Of a stretch of DNA of 64,000 bases, positions 14,269 through 27,410 are shown piece by piece (the first letter of the stretch is position 1; the number at the start of each line of letters is the position of its first letter). The stretch comes from Octopus vulgaris (Eukaryota): positions 101,556,001 through 101,620,000 of the forward strand of contig OX597820.1 of the NCBI GenBank assembly GCA_951406725.2. Reading direction: 5' to 3'. The position numbers and the translations under genes were made by a program. The notes under the pieces were generated by a model. It ran no database searches. It was not told the DNA's origin and was given only the letters and a program-made list of their open reading frames with translations.

Positions 14269-15551
14269 CAATTTAGAAATGTGAGTTTGTGTAGATCCTG
14301 CCATTTTGATTGCCAAACAGGCATTGACTTCGTTTTATCTGGTGAAAATGCTAGCAGCAGCAGTTCCCCCCAAAATGGTGTCGATGGCCGTAGAAGCAAA
14401 AACGTGTACGTATTGAGCGCTGCTGAAATGTCTTTCCTTACGAGTATCTATGAGAAATCAAGCCCTCGAACAGCATACCTCTCCGAGATAATATCCATGC
14501 TAAGGTTAAAACTCAGCCTTGCCTCACTAAATATACATTGTACTCACTTCTTATAAGAATGAGCAGCTTTACTTATAAGTTGTAACTTTTCACAGAAAGG
14601 CGAATTTAACCACTGAGAACCAAATGTTTATATATTATGACCTCAGTGAAGGCGGTGAGCCGGCACAATCGTTAGCACGCCAGGCAAAATGTCTAGCGGC
14701 ATTTCGCCCGTCTTTACGTTCTGAGTTCAAATGTCGCCGAGGTTGACTTCGCCTTTTATCTTTCGGGATCAATAACATGGATACTGGGTTTGATGAAATC
14801 GACTAGCCCCCACCCCCACCACCACACCACTCCTGCACAATTTCAGGCCTTGTGCCTATAATAGATAGGATATTATAGCCCCAGTAAAAGGATATAATTC
14901 ATTGTCTATTAGGTTTGTGGAGAGTTCAACTCCACATTGACACGGTAAATGGCAACTATTTTATAATTAACAGTGGAAACTTTTTTTACTAAAGGCATTA
15001 ACAAGGTAAGAAGCAGTTTCATAATAAAACACAGGTAGCTGGTTTGTTTTAGCTTACTAAAATGTTTCCACCTAATCGGTATTTCTTGTCTCAAACATGA
15101 TATATTGATATGACCGAGACAGTGAGCAATCTCAATTTCTGTTTTGACTAATTTCGTTTCAGTCTTTACTTTAAGAAAGCCGTAAAGAACAACATTCCTC
15201 ATTTATCATCCTAATAAAAGAAGATTTCGTGCTTTATTGATTTTTAACACTAAATTAAAATCATACTCAGAAGGAATATTATTCCTTGAGTCAATCTCAG
15301 TACAATTCCTTGGTTTTGTCTTTCACACTGAATGGAATGCTGCAGAATTCGAGTGATGATGAAAATACCTAGAAGTCTGAGGTTGGAGTGGTCAGTGTTG
15401 TCTAGAAACTACATGAGGTTGGAGTTTCATTGGTGTTCCAATAAACCAAACCAACGGATTATAGACTCACTCACTCACTCACTCACTCAATCAAATAATA
15501 CTCAATAAGATGCATTGTTCTATAAAGTCTTAAAAGAATACGCATACGTAC

Positions 15552-15859
15552 AAAGATGGCGTTGAACTTTAGACTTCACTGAGGATTTTCTTCCTGTATG
15601 CGGTGCTGTTTTGTGTTTGGTGTACGTTCCATCACGTGAATCACTGAGGCTGTACTTTTCATCACGTGAATTACTGAGGCTGTACCTTCCACCACGTGAA
15701 TCACTGAGGCTGTACCTTTCATCACGTGAATTACTGAGGCTGTACCTTCCACCACGTGAATCACTGAGGCTGTACCTTTCATCACGTGAATTACTGAGGC
15801 TGTACCTTCCACCGCGTGAATCACTGATGCTGTTCCCTCCACCACGTGAATCAGCGAGA
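15552..15859 (-). CDS. Internal exon of gene A encoding eight 10-aa repeats (DSRGGRYSLS / NSRDERYSLS) plus a basic linker
   Basis: Acceptor tttttgtttgcag| at 15860-61; donor T|GTACGT at 15551-50. Length 308 nt = 1+306+1 (phase 2 in, phase 1 out). Only one of the three frames is open end to end, and the phase-1 end joins the SAM exon as ...VQRHL-S-LTLSAP... Confidence 0.7.
15631..15853. repeat. 30-bp minisatellite, 7 full units + partial, alternating A/B units (60-bp higher-order period)
   Basis: a(t/c)cacgtgaat(c/t)actgaggctgtacctt(t/c)c repeated head to tail with no spacers; lies inside the proposed exon. Confidence 0.97.
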
Positions 15860-16394
15860 CTGCAAACAAAAATTATTATTCATTTATTTATTCTGTTTAG
15901 TTGTTTTATAGAGTCATTTGTTGTATTTCTCTCGTAGTAATATCTGGTTAGTCATGATAGTCTGATGAAGTTAATGTTTGCTACCAGGATTAGAATGTAG
16001 AGTCCAAAACAGATCTGAATTTGCTATTTGTGAAACTTTATTCCTTGTATGATTTCGCCTGTACATCAATGAAAAATTTAGAATTTGCCATCGAAAGCTC
16101 TCTTTTTCATTCAGTTATTGAAATATGTCTTGGAATAACGGTCAAAATACGAGTAAGCCAAAAGATTTTTGGTGCTACTATAGTATATCTAATGTGAAAT
16201 GTGTTAAAAATCATTAAATATTTATTCTACAAAAGGAAAGGAGCAAAATAAACGGTTTATAGTGTAAAATTTATTAAAAATCATTAATACCTTATAATTC
16301 AAAATAAAAATTCATCAAATGTTGATTTTAATGTTTGTAAACTGATCTGATACCATTTAAAAGAGCAATGAAACGATCATCGTTTTTCCTGAGC

Positions 16395-16610
16395 AATTTC
16401 TAACAATAATGAGTCAAATGTGATAGAAAATGTTGAGTAGATACACCTCTTTGTTTCTTGAGTATTTCAATCTTGGCATCAATCTACGATCGCTCAATAG
16501 CTTGTATATGAGCCCCTGGAGTTGGGTCCACATAATTCACTTGATGATTGACGGTTTTGGGCTGATAGCCGATATTCCTTAAGCAACGGTAGGCCGGCCA
16601 CTCATTGAAA
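16395..16610 (-). pseudogene. Merlin (IS1595/ISXO2-like) transposase remnant
   Basis: NEWPAYRCLRNIGYQPKTVNHQVNYVDPTPGAHIQAIERS*IDAK...RGVSTQHFLSHL matches the Merlin signature D-x-W-x-AY...TVNH...VDP-x-TG-x-HTQ-x-IE; in-frame stops. Confidence 0.8.
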
Positions 16611-16805
16611 TGGATCACAGAGCCAAGTTATTTAAAACACGACTCAAGAGTCGTGTTTTAAATAGACACAACTCAAGAATCGTGTTTTAGATAGACATGA
16701 CGCCAAGAAGAGTTACACAATACAAAAATTAGTAAGAACACCATACCTATGTAATTCTAAAGTCCCCCTTTTTTCTTTATTTAGTTTTTATTATTTCTTT
16801 CTTAT

Positions 16806-16900
16806 TGTGTTACTGATGAGTACTCTTTGACAACTAATATTCTTAAAATGAATTAATTGTCTTTCTGTACGAAACGATCGGATAGCGAAATTAATAAAAA
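16806..16900 (+). ncRNA. Degenerate hammerhead-like motif with a long stem II loop, followed by AATAAA and then (TA)n (Penelope-like LTR remnant)
   Basis: tgtta-CTGATGA-GTAC-(43 nt)-GTAC-GAAA-CGATCG-gA-tagcg. Position U16.1 reads G, so it is probably dead. Confidence 0.5.
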
Positions 16901-17113
16901 ATAATTTATTCCATATTAACATCTAATCTCCTCCATTTACTTATATATATATATATATATATATTGGGTGTGGGGTAAGTAGCTTGCTTACCAACGACAT
17001 GGTTCCGGGTTCAGTCCCACTTCGTCGCACCTTGGGCAAGTGTCTTCTAGTATAGCCTCGGGCCTATCAAAGCCTTGTGAGTGAATTTGGTAGACGGAAA
17101 CTGAAAGAAGCCC

Positions 17114-17157
<44 letters not shown>

Positions 17158-18772
17158 TACATATGTGTGTGTGTGTTTTCTCCCCCCAACATCACTTGAA
17201 AACCGATGTTAGTTTATTTACGTTCCCATAACTTAACGGTTCGGCAAAAAGAGACCGATATAATAAGTACTAGGCTTACAAAGAATAAGTCCTGGACTCG
17301 ATTTGCTCGAGTAAAAAAGGTGGTACTCCAGCATGGCCGAAGTCAGCTGACTGAAACAAGTAAAAGAATATATATATATATATATACGTATAAACATACG
17401 GCCATCAATATATACGTATATATACACATACATATATACGTACACATACACACACATACACACACTCACACATACTCTCAATATCTCTCTCCCTCTCTTT
17501 CTCTCTAACACACACATACATAAACACACATATATGAACATAGACACATGTGTTTGTATATGTGTGTGAGTGCAGTGTTCTCATTAGATCTACGAAATAT
17601 TTACTAATATCACTAATATACTTTTCTTCTCTAGGCACAATGCCTGAAATTTTAGGGGAGGAGGCCACTCGATTAGATCGACCCCAGTACGCCACTTAAT
17701 ATGAAAGGCAAAGTCGACCTCGGCGGAATTTGAACTCAGAACGTAGCGGCAGACGAAATACCTATTTCTTTACTACCCACAAGGGGCTAAACATAGAGAG
17801 GACAAACAAGGACAGACAAACGGATTAAATCGATTATATCGACCCCAGTGTGTAACTGGTACTTAATTTATCGACACCGAAAGAATGAAAGGCAAAGTCG
17901 ACCTCAGCGGAATTTGAAGTCAGAACGTAACGGCAGACGAAATACCGCTAAACATTTCGCCCGGCGTGCTAACGTTTCTGCCAGCTCGCTGCCCTCTAAT
18001 ATCACTAATATTAAATGCTCTATTTTACATTTGCTTATCATTTCTGAAAGTTGTGCTCCTTAAGTGTTTAATTCTATACGTAATGACCAATATTCAAGCA
18101 ATCCGATGCTTCGGTTCGTTCTCAGAAATACCAGAATCCTTATTTAACTTTTTCTAAGCCAATTTGTAATCAACAATTAAGCATAAACTGAATTTTGTGT
18201 TTCTATATCTGTGATGACGGAGGATGGACAATGCTGAAGACGTAGGTAAGGGTCGCCGTCATTTCATCAATAACAACATACATTCTTTAGGGCCAGCAAA
18301 AATATAGAATATATACCTTTTACGTCTGTATTTGATGTATATTGTGTTTTTAAACACAGCACGATCATACGGGATTTTATCCTAAAAACCGCAGTAAATA
18401 GACTGTCATCGGAATATATACATTGAGTATCATACACAGATGGCTATTTTAAATGATTTCTGTGTTCGTATGTCTGTGTGTGTGTGTGTGCGTGTGTGTG
18501 CGTGTGTGTGTGTGTAACTGAGTATAGCAATTATAGATTAACAACTTTCCCACGACATACCTATCTCTTTTGTGAAAGCCCAATTCCTTTTTCTTTATTT
18601 CATCTGATTTGCCTTCAGAACCGACACCTCGCTCAATCCTCCCACTCGAAACATACTCCAACCCACAAACCCAGTCAGAGATACGTATAAATATTCACAT
18701 AAATACATTCATGGTACATCCGCAAATATCTAAGTTTACATATACGCATGAATACACACATAAATCTAAGAT

Positions 18773-18803
<31 letters not shown>

Positions 18804-18826
18804 TCATATACATATATAAAACACGT

Positions 18827-18873
<47 letters not shown>

Positions 18874-19278
18874 TCTTTACTCTTTTACTCTTTTACTTGT
18901 TTCAGTCATTTGACTGCGGCCATGCTGGAGCACCGCCTTTAGTCGAGCAAATCGATCCCGGGACTTATTCTTTGTAAGCCCAGTACTTATTCTATCGGTC
19001 TCTTTTGCCGAACCGCTAAGTGATGGGGACGTAAACACACCAGCATCGGTTGTCAAGCAATGCTAGGGGGACAAACACACACACACAAACATACACACAT
19101 ACACATATATATATATATACATATATACGACAGGCTTCTTTCAGTTTCCGTCTACCAAATCCACTCACAAGGTATTGGTCGGCCCGGGGCTATAGCAGAA
19201 GATACTTGCCCAAGATGCCACGCAGTGGACTGAACCCGGAACCATGTGGTTGGTTAGCAAGCTACAGCCACTCCTGTG

Positions 19279-19324
<46 letters not shown>

Positions 19325-19328
<4 letters not shown>

Positions 19329-19654
19329 TGCAGCGTGGAAGGTGTTTGTAAGCCATTTAAGAAACACAAAAGCCGTTCGATTCACTTCAACATTTAAGTT
19401 TAATTTGTCAAAATATTTTCGTCGCTATAAGACCGCAACCTGTTCACTGACAAAAATCCGTGCTGGATTTTTGTCAGTGAACAGGTTGCGGTCTTATAGC
19501 GACGAAATATTTTGACAAAATAAACTTAAATGTTGAAGTGAATCGAACGGCTTTTGTGTGTTTCTTAAATGGCTTACAAACACCTTCCACGCTGCAATTG
19601 TTTTCGTTCCAGCACACGATCTCAGATAAAATCACTTGCTATGCAAGTACATCT

Positions 19655-19657
<3 letters not shown>
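19325..19657. mobile_element. (TA)n-embedded palindrome (135-bp arms, 5-nt loop) with a 57-bp unique extension; Penelope-like remnant candidate
   Basis: 19325-19459 vs 19465-19600 are reverse complements with about three small differences; flanked by (TA)n on both sides. Confidence 0.65.
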
Positions 19658-19714
<57 letters not shown>

Positions 19715-19792
19715 GCATGCTTATATGTAAGGACATATGTACCTACGTTATACGCGCATACATATTTCTGTGTGTGTGTGAGTACGTATGTG

Positions 19793-19825
<33 letters not shown>

Positions 19826-19858
19826 ATATATATGTATATATATATATATATATATATA

Positions 19859-21144
19859 CGAGGGACGTTCAATAAGTAATGCCACTGACCCACTTGATGT
19901 TGTTTGATCTAGCTGAAATTTTGCATGTGCAATTATTTATATCTCTATAGATTAAGTGGCAATTTACAGCTCTGAACTAATTGTGGTTTCTGATTTACAG
20001 GTGTTTGAACTGAGCCAAGTGTGAAATGGAGCCTGTCGAGTGTCGAGTAGTGATCCGGTTTTTGTATTTGAAAGGACGCACACCACGGGAGACTTTTGAT
20101 GAAATGAAAGTAACTTATGGTGATGATGCCCCATCATATGACCTTGTAAAACGCTGGCATCGTGAATTCAAACATGGTCGGAACTCTGTGGAAATAGCTC
20201 CCAGATCTGGTCGCCCCACTTCTGCCATTGATGAGGCATCTGTCCGTCAAGTTGAGGCTGCCATTTAGGAAGATCGACGCATAACTATTCGCCAAATAGC
20301 CCATGAGGTCAAGATTAGTACCGGGTCTGTGGAAACTATCATTCATGACCATTTGCATATGCAAAAGGTGTCTGCCAGATGGATTCCCAGGCTGCTCACA
20401 CCTTTCCAGAAGCAAGAACGCGTCGAGTGCTCGAGGATGAATTTGGAGATGTGCCAAGAAGATGAGTCAAAATTTTTCAAAAGACTGATTACATAGGATG
20501 AAACCTGAGTCCATCACTATGATCCAGAGACCAAAGCCCAGTCAATGCAGTGGAAGCACCGTGACTCACCTCCTCCAAAGAAGGCAAGGGTGCAAAGAAG
20601 GCAAGGTCATGCTCACAGTCTTCTGGGACCAGGACGGAGTAGTGATGACAGATTTCCTGGCAAAGGGTACCACAATTACAGGAGCCTATTATGCTTCACT
20701 ATTGAGGAAATTAAGAGAAGCTATCAAAATTAAGAGGCGGGGCAAGATCAGCAAAGGCATCCTCCTCCTGCAGGACAACGCCCCGGTCCACGACTCGCGT
20801 GTCGCCAGATCAGAAGCACAGGCGTGCAGCTATGAACTCCTCCCCCATCCCCCCTACTCTACTGACCTTGCACTCTGATTTTCACCTCTTCCCAGCCATG
20901 AATTTGTTTTTGAAAGGAAAGCGTTTCCACGATGATGCAGCCTTGATTTCTGAAGTCACGTCGTGGTTGGAGGACTAAACCAGGGTCTTCTACAAAAACG
21001 GTCTCCAGAGCTGCATCAAACGATGGGAGAAATGTGTAACTCTGGATGATTCCTATGCAGAAAAAGACTAATAACTGTGCCAAGTTTCGTTGCTCTACTG
21101 CAATGGGAAGTGGGTCAGGGGCATTACTTATTGAACGCCCCTCG
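19859..21144 (+). mobile_element. Full-length (1286 bp) mariner element with a disrupted DD34D transposase (~20026-21071)
   Basis: TIRs cgagggacgttcaataagtaatgcc / ggcattacttattgaacgcccctcg, TA on both sides. Motifs WIPRLL, DET, QDNAPVH, HPPYSTDLA; internal stops and frameshifts. Confidence 0.95.
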
Positions 21145-21169
21145 TATATATTTCCAAAAATGGTTTCGA

Positions 21170-22440
21170 GGGATATAAATAATGCGTAAAAAATATTTTT
21201 TACACTTCTTTTATTTTTCAAAATTAAGATATTCAAAGTTCTTTTTAAATCTAAAATATACTCTCCTTCATTTTCTACTACAATGCTCTTCCAACTATCT
21301 GGTAGACTAAAGCCTCTCTTCCAAAATTCACTTGTCCGTAACGAAAAATACTTCTGCAATACTGTTCTGACCCCGTCTTCATATTTTTTTCGTTCAAATG
21401 ATTTTGAAATCTGCGGAATAAATAATAATCACAATGTCCAGCGAATATGGAGGGTGGGGCATCGTTTCCCATTCAAAGTGTTCCAGCCTTTGGAATATCA
21501 GCCTCGTTGTATGCGACCAAGCATTTTCCTGATGGAAGAACACCTTTCGTCTTGAAACCAAAGATGGTCCATTTTCTTCTAGTACTGACTTAAGCCGCTG
21601 AAGCTGCTCGCAGTAGATCTCCTTTGCTATCGTTTCGTTTGGGTTTAAAAGTTAAAAATGGACTAAATCTTTCATATCCTACCAAACAGATAACAACACC
21701 TTACGTGGGTGAAGACCTTCTTTAGCCTGGGGTGTTTCTCCTTTCTCAACCCACTGTCTTCGGCGCTTGATATTTTTACAGAGAACTCATTTCTCGTCAC
21801 CAGTCTCTATTCGGTCCAAAAATGGTGCATTCGTGAGGCGTGACAGCAAAGAAGAGCACACATTCACTCTCTGCGCGCGATTAGACACAGAAATTTTGAG
21901 AGGAACCCATTGACTCAATTTGCTGACTTTTCCGATGGTACGCAGGTGTCGATGAATGGTTGAATGACCAAATACCAACTTCTCTGCTAGTTCTTCAACA
22001 GTTACAATGGAATTTTGTTCTACCAGGGTTTTCGGGACGTCCTCGTTGAGCTCTACAGATCTTCCAGATCGAGGACCATCTTCTAGACTGTAATTTCCGA
22101 CTCGGAATTTCTGGAACCACAGTTGACACTGGCTCATGCTTATTGTCTGATCCCCATATACTGCATTAATATTCCTCACACTTTCCGTTGTGTTGTTGCC
22201 TTTATTGAACTCATAAAGCAAAATATGTTGAATATGATCCTTTGTCATTTCCATTATAGTTTTGAAAAATAACTGTTAAAATTGAACTGTACTCTTCAAA
22301 ACTTACACTACGAATAAAGACATGGTAAAATTATTACCTGCTTTTATAACAAATTGATGCAGTTAGTTTATCCCGTCCCCCTCCGACTTTTAGTTCATGC
22401 AATTGAGAAAAAATGCATCATTTACAGAATGAACCACTAT
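21170..22440 (-). mobile_element. Degenerate mariner element (different family), transposase pseudogene starting at 22254
   Basis: HTH-like N-terminus, WVPLKI, TGDEK, HPPYS-like and terminal GEYILD motifs; several stops; ends approximate. Confidence 0.9.
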
Positions 22441-23499
22441 AATCCAGGCGGTTACCGGTTTAGCTCTTATCGGTTCGCAATGCCAGTTAACCACGGTGAG
22501 TGTTGATGAAATTCAAGTTAGTTAAAATTTATTATACTTGGTTAATCTTCACGTGATAAATTCGAATGGCCTTATAAGGACTGCATAGTTTCCCTTGAGC
22601 AGATAATGAAATTAATGAAGATCAGGAGAACGGATATTTGCACATCCAAGTTTTGTTATACAATTATTTACATCGTTGTTCATTTAGATCTATGCACGTT
22701 TCCGCTGCAAGCCGCTGCACACTGTTAAGTGTGCATCTTCGTGTTAATAATCGGTGCAACTTCATCAGGGTCGTTTATTGCTGCTGTTCGGATATCATCT
22801 GAAGAAACCATGACCAAATATTATCCCTATATTAGGCTAGAATTACTATAAATAGTCATAGTCTGTTCCGAGTTCCGAGTTCAAATTCCGCCGAGGTCGA
22901 CTTTGCCTTTCATCTTTTCGGGGTCGATAAATTAAGTACCAGTTACGCACTGGGGTCGATGTAATCGACTTAATCCCTTTGTCTGTCCTTGTTTGTCCCC
23001 TCTGTGTTTAGCCCCGTGTGGGTAGTAAAGAAATATATAAATAGTCATATATCCCGTGACCTGTAGTTTGCTTCGACTTGTTTGGTACTTATTGCTGTTT
23101 GGTCTTAAAGTAGGTCAATGTTCCTGTATGTTCCTAATTTACATTCTAATTAACCATTCTACTAATTTAGAATAGTATTCTTATTTTTTTAAAGGTATTC
23201 AATTACTTTTTGTTTGGTTTGTTATTGTTTATATAACTATTAATCTATGGGTCTATAATTTTCTTGTTATGTTGAAATTAATTTAATATCTTGCTTATAG
23301 TTAATTTTATTCGACTTAAACTTCGATTTCAACTCATTTAAAATTCTCTATATTTTTTTTATAGGGGTTTACATTTATTTCAAGTTCGTTATTTCTTCTT
23401 AGAGTTTACTTAGTTCAAATTCTAATTTTAGTAGTTCTTGTAATCCATTTACTTAAACTTCTTAAAAGTATGTTTAGGTGCATGAACACTACTTCAAGT

Positions 23500-23800
23500 T
23501 GTGAAATCTGTATTTTTGTGATCACGTAAATGATACAGTCTGCGATTTTGACATGGACAGGAACAAAGAGCCAATGTGAACTTTTGCGTTAAACTTGGGA
23601 AGTCTGCTACAGAAACCTCGAAAATGCTTTGGCAAGCTTACAGCGACAAGGCAATGGGTCGAACGCAACGCTGCGAGTGGCACATGCACTTCAAAAGCGG
23701 AAGAACGTCCCTGGAAGACGATGAGCAATCTGGAAGATCTACTACGAGCATCAACCCCCGGAAATGTGGTATTAGGCATAGAGAATTCGTCCCCTTGGGC
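23500..23800 (+). mobile_element. Internally deleted mariner fragment
   Basis: NFCVKLGKSATET...FKSGRTSLEDDEQSGR, joined directly to HREFVP; related to the element at 49845-51055. Confidence 0.8.
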
Positions 23801-24373
23801 CATTTTACACTATATATGTGTACATATGCAGGTTTAACAATTTATTGACATCGAAGGTTACACACTTGTTCCCATATCGAAGTTACGAAGAAATTGGATA
23901 AACTGAAAGTTTCTGTATACCTTACGGTTAGCAACTAGAGTTCCTATGAAATCCTGTTCCTCCCACACCCCGAAAGGATGAAAGGCAAAGTCGACCCCGG
24001 CGGAATTTGAACTCAGAACGTAACGGCAGACGAAATACCTTTTTTTTTTTACTACCCACAAGGGGCTAAACACAGAGATGACAAACAAGGACAGACAAAC
24101 GTATTAAGTCGATTATATCGACCCCAGTGCATAACTGGCACTTATTCAATCGACCCCTAAAGGATGAAAGGCAAAGTCGACCTCGGCAGAATTTGAACTC
24201 AGAACGTAACGGCAGATGAAATACGGCTACGCATTTCGCCCGATGTGCTAACGTTTCTGCCAGCCCGCCGCCTTATGAAGGAAAATATATTAATGACTGA
24301 CTTGCTAAAATTGTTGCCGAAAAATAATGATGAAAATAAACAGAAGAAAAACCAAACGAATTTATCTGACAAC

Positions 24374-24475
<102 letters not shown>

Positions 24476-25814
24476 GACATACACGTATTGTCATGACTTA
24501 TTTTAATCTCGTTATTTTGTAACCCACATCAGAGTTCTTTGACCCGTTATTACAATGTTCTTGAGAAAAAAATATCTTTTTGTTTATTTTGTTTTACAAT
24601 GTGTCCGCTTCCGACATTTGCTCCCTCCTACGCACAAGACATTCTTCACTGAAATGGCGTGAGAAACACCGTGTGATCCACCTGATTAAAAAAGAAATAG
24701 CTGCTAAATCTCCATCATATCATACTTTACTCAATTAGGAAATAATGAAAGCAAATATTGGATCGTTCAGTCTGAGATATAATATATAGAAGTAAAATTA
24801 AAATAAATAAATAGATAAATGAATAAATAAATAAAACAGGTAAGCCATAAATAAAGGGCCAGTGATTAATAAATAGCAGGAGCAGTAGCAGCAACAACGA
24901 CAACACTAGTAACAACAACTACAACAACAGCAGCAACGCCATTCTTTTCGTATTCCGGTTCATTGAAACCACTTTATTCTATTAAACTGCTGCTCAAGGC
25001 ATGGTGGTATTCGGCTACAGAAATAATGAGCAAGCAATATTAACAACAAAGACTGTGCCACAGTGTGGTGGCACGTAGCTTAGTTATTAGGAGTGTTGGA
25101 CTGATGATCGTAAGATTGCGGTTTCGATTCCTGGACCGGGCGGCGTGTTGTGTTCCTGATTAAAACCCTTCATTTTACGCTGTTCCAGTCCACTCAGCTA
25201 GCAAAAAAGAAGTATTCCTGTTATGGGTGGGTGTCCCGTCTAGGTGGGAAATATATGCGCCATGCAAACCAGGAAACTGGCTCTTATGAGTCAGTATGAC
25301 TCAAGAAGGAACTTTACTTTTGCTACTGTACCACGGAATTATCTAAACATCAAATAAATAAACAACAACAAAGGTTACGACCAAAAATACGGCAATAACG
25401 GATTCTAAAGGCCTTTAATATATACAGTGATGTGACACATAACTACGCATATCGAGGTGAGGAAATACAATGAATTTAGCCGATCCCATTATACAAATGC
25501 TACTTGTTTTAATCGACCAGGAAGTGAAAAAAGGGTAAAGTTGATCATTGTCATATTTCATCTCCTAACGTAAAGGAATGTGAGGTGTGTTTGTGTGTGT
25601 GTGTGTGTGTGCGCGCACGCACACATTTACCCATGTGTATGGATGTATGTATGTGTGTGTGTGTGTACATCTATTTTAATTATCCATATACACATATCTC
25701 TATTTGTCTGCCTCTGCCTCTCCCTATCTCACTCCCTCCCTCCATCCCATTCTCTCTATGTGGGACCGCTGAAATCTACAAGTTTTTTTCATTCTCTCTC
25801 TGTTTATTTTCTCT

Positions 25815-25934
25815 TATTTCTTTCTGCTGAAGATCGTTGGCTCGAAATGTAAAAGACTTATTCATTTTCCCGAGCGTCAAACTAATACATTCGCTTGGTG
25901 TTCATATATCTGTCTTCCTCTTTTGGTTTTTCTG

Positions 25935-25938
<4 letters not shown>
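25815..25938 (+). mobile_element. Short Penelope-like LTR remnant (related piece at ~49640-49800)
   Basis: ctgaagatcgttggctcgaaatgtaaaagac...ccgagcgtcaaactaataca resembles 49651-49715 (gctcgaaacgttaaac...ccgagcgtgcagctaataca); CTGAAGA...GAAA spacing; runs into (TA)n. Confidence 0.35.
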
Positions 25939-25964
<26 letters not shown>

Positions 25965-25968
<4 letters not shown>

Positions 25969-27062
25969 CTTGATCACCTTGACCGACCAGTCCATCAGGT
26001 GTCCATTTGACACCGCTGGTCACAGCACGCTGTCCACTCCTCTCTGGATCGCGCCTTTCTCATCCACGTGATCCCAATCGTCCTCCTGAAATCGTAACTC
26101 CACCGTCGTGGAGGTCTTCCGGGTGGTCTTTTCCGCTCGCGCGGGTACCACTCGACAACTGCGTGCGTCCACCGATTATCGGTGAATCGGGCGACGTGTC
26201 CAGCCCATCTATACTTGCTGCGTGTGTACTCTGCGATGACATCCCTCACGCCAGACTTCTTTCTGATGATCTCGCTACTGATGTGCTCTCTCAACGAGAT
26301 ACCAAGCATTGACCCTTCCATGGCTCTTTGAGCCGTTACCAGTCTTTGCTCTTCTCTCTTTGTGGTAGCCCATGTTTCACTACCATATAACATTGCAGGC
26401 AGAACTGCACTGTTAATGAGGTTGGCGCGGGTGGTCCTGTACAACCTTCCCTTGAGCACATCCCTTATGCCATTAAACGCCTTCCATCCGGCCCTTACTC
26501 TCCGTGAGATCTCCTTTTCAATATCTCGGCACATATTTACTTCCTGTCCCAAGTAGACATATTCCCTTACCTCCTCTATTTCATCACTGCCGATCACCAT
26601 TCGACCTGTTGGTACGTTGTCTGACCGCATGAACTTTGTTTTCATGCGGTTCATCTTGAGACCGACTGCGGAGCTTTTGATGTCGAGCTCCGTCAGCATG
26701 GTCTGAAGCTGATCCGGTGTTTTCAGCGATGAGTATGATGTCGTCAGCGAAACGGAGGTGGGTGAGGAGCTCGCCATTGATGTTGACACCACCTTGCCAG
26801 TCGATGCCTCTGATGATCTGTTCGAGACATGCCTTTAAAAGTTTTGGGGAGATTGTATCTCCTTGCTTCACTCCCTTCTCGACATGCACTCGTATGGGTG
26901 ATGACAGTAGAGCTATGTCGGTGGTGCATCCGGAATTTGCCTCTCTGAGCAGCTGCACATATTGCACTTCGACTCCTTGCTTCTGCAGCGAGTTCAGCAC
27001 TGCGTTGGTTTCGACGCTATCGAAGGCCTTCTCATAGTCTATAAACGCAACGCAAAGAGGCA
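25965..27062 (-). mobile_element. 5'-truncated RTE-clade LINE (RT domain to 3' tail), one frameshift
   Basis: FIDYEKAFDSV, GVKQGDTISPKL, HLRFADDI, YVYLG, MLYGSETW, RWAGHVAR, GRPPRRW; tail of short caaggtgat repeats running into (TA)n. Confidence 0.93.
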
Positions 27063-27084
27063 ACCATTTATGCACCGTTTCCTT

Positions 27085-27410
27085 CACATCTTGTGCAACC
27101 ATTTATGCACCGTTTTCTTCACATCTTCATCTGTATGAAATCAACAACCTCGTAAACCATCTTTGAGCGATCCAAAGATATGATAGTCGGAAGGGGCGAG
27201 ATCTGCGCTGTAGGCAGGATGTTCCAGCACCTCAAAACCCAGTCGGTTAATGGTTTCAATGGTCTGGGTGGCTGTGTGTGGGTGTTCATTGTCATGCAAC
27301 AACAAAACTTTCTTCGACCATAGGCTACGACGTTTGTAGCGAATTGCTGGTTCAGTTTTATTGGCTGGCAAAGCACTGTATCTTGTACTGTTGATCGTAT
27401 ACCGCTTTTT
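27085..27410 (-). mobile_element. Mariner transposase C-terminal fragment
   Basis: LLLHDNEHPHT...LEHPAYSADLAPSDYHIFGSLK. Confidence 0.85.

Noticed and set aside
14100-14316. N-terminal half of the 161-aa ORF 13831..14316, including a hydrophobic stretch
   Set aside because: Lies upstream of the splice acceptor at 14100-01; intronic T-rich sequence, not a transmembrane segment.
15631-15853. CRISPR-like 30-bp repeat array
   Set aside because: Units are contiguous with no unique spacers, there are no cas genes, and the context is eukaryotic; explained as a coding minisatellite.
18561-18661. Extra gene A exon ending at a good phase-2 donor (AG|GTATGT)
   Set aside because: No in-frame ATG (the ORF track start is TTG) and no convincing polypyrimidine acceptor; cannot be supported without transcripts.
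22560-22815. Possible minus-strand exon after ggtttcttcag
   Set aside because: All three frames hit stops before any credible donor.
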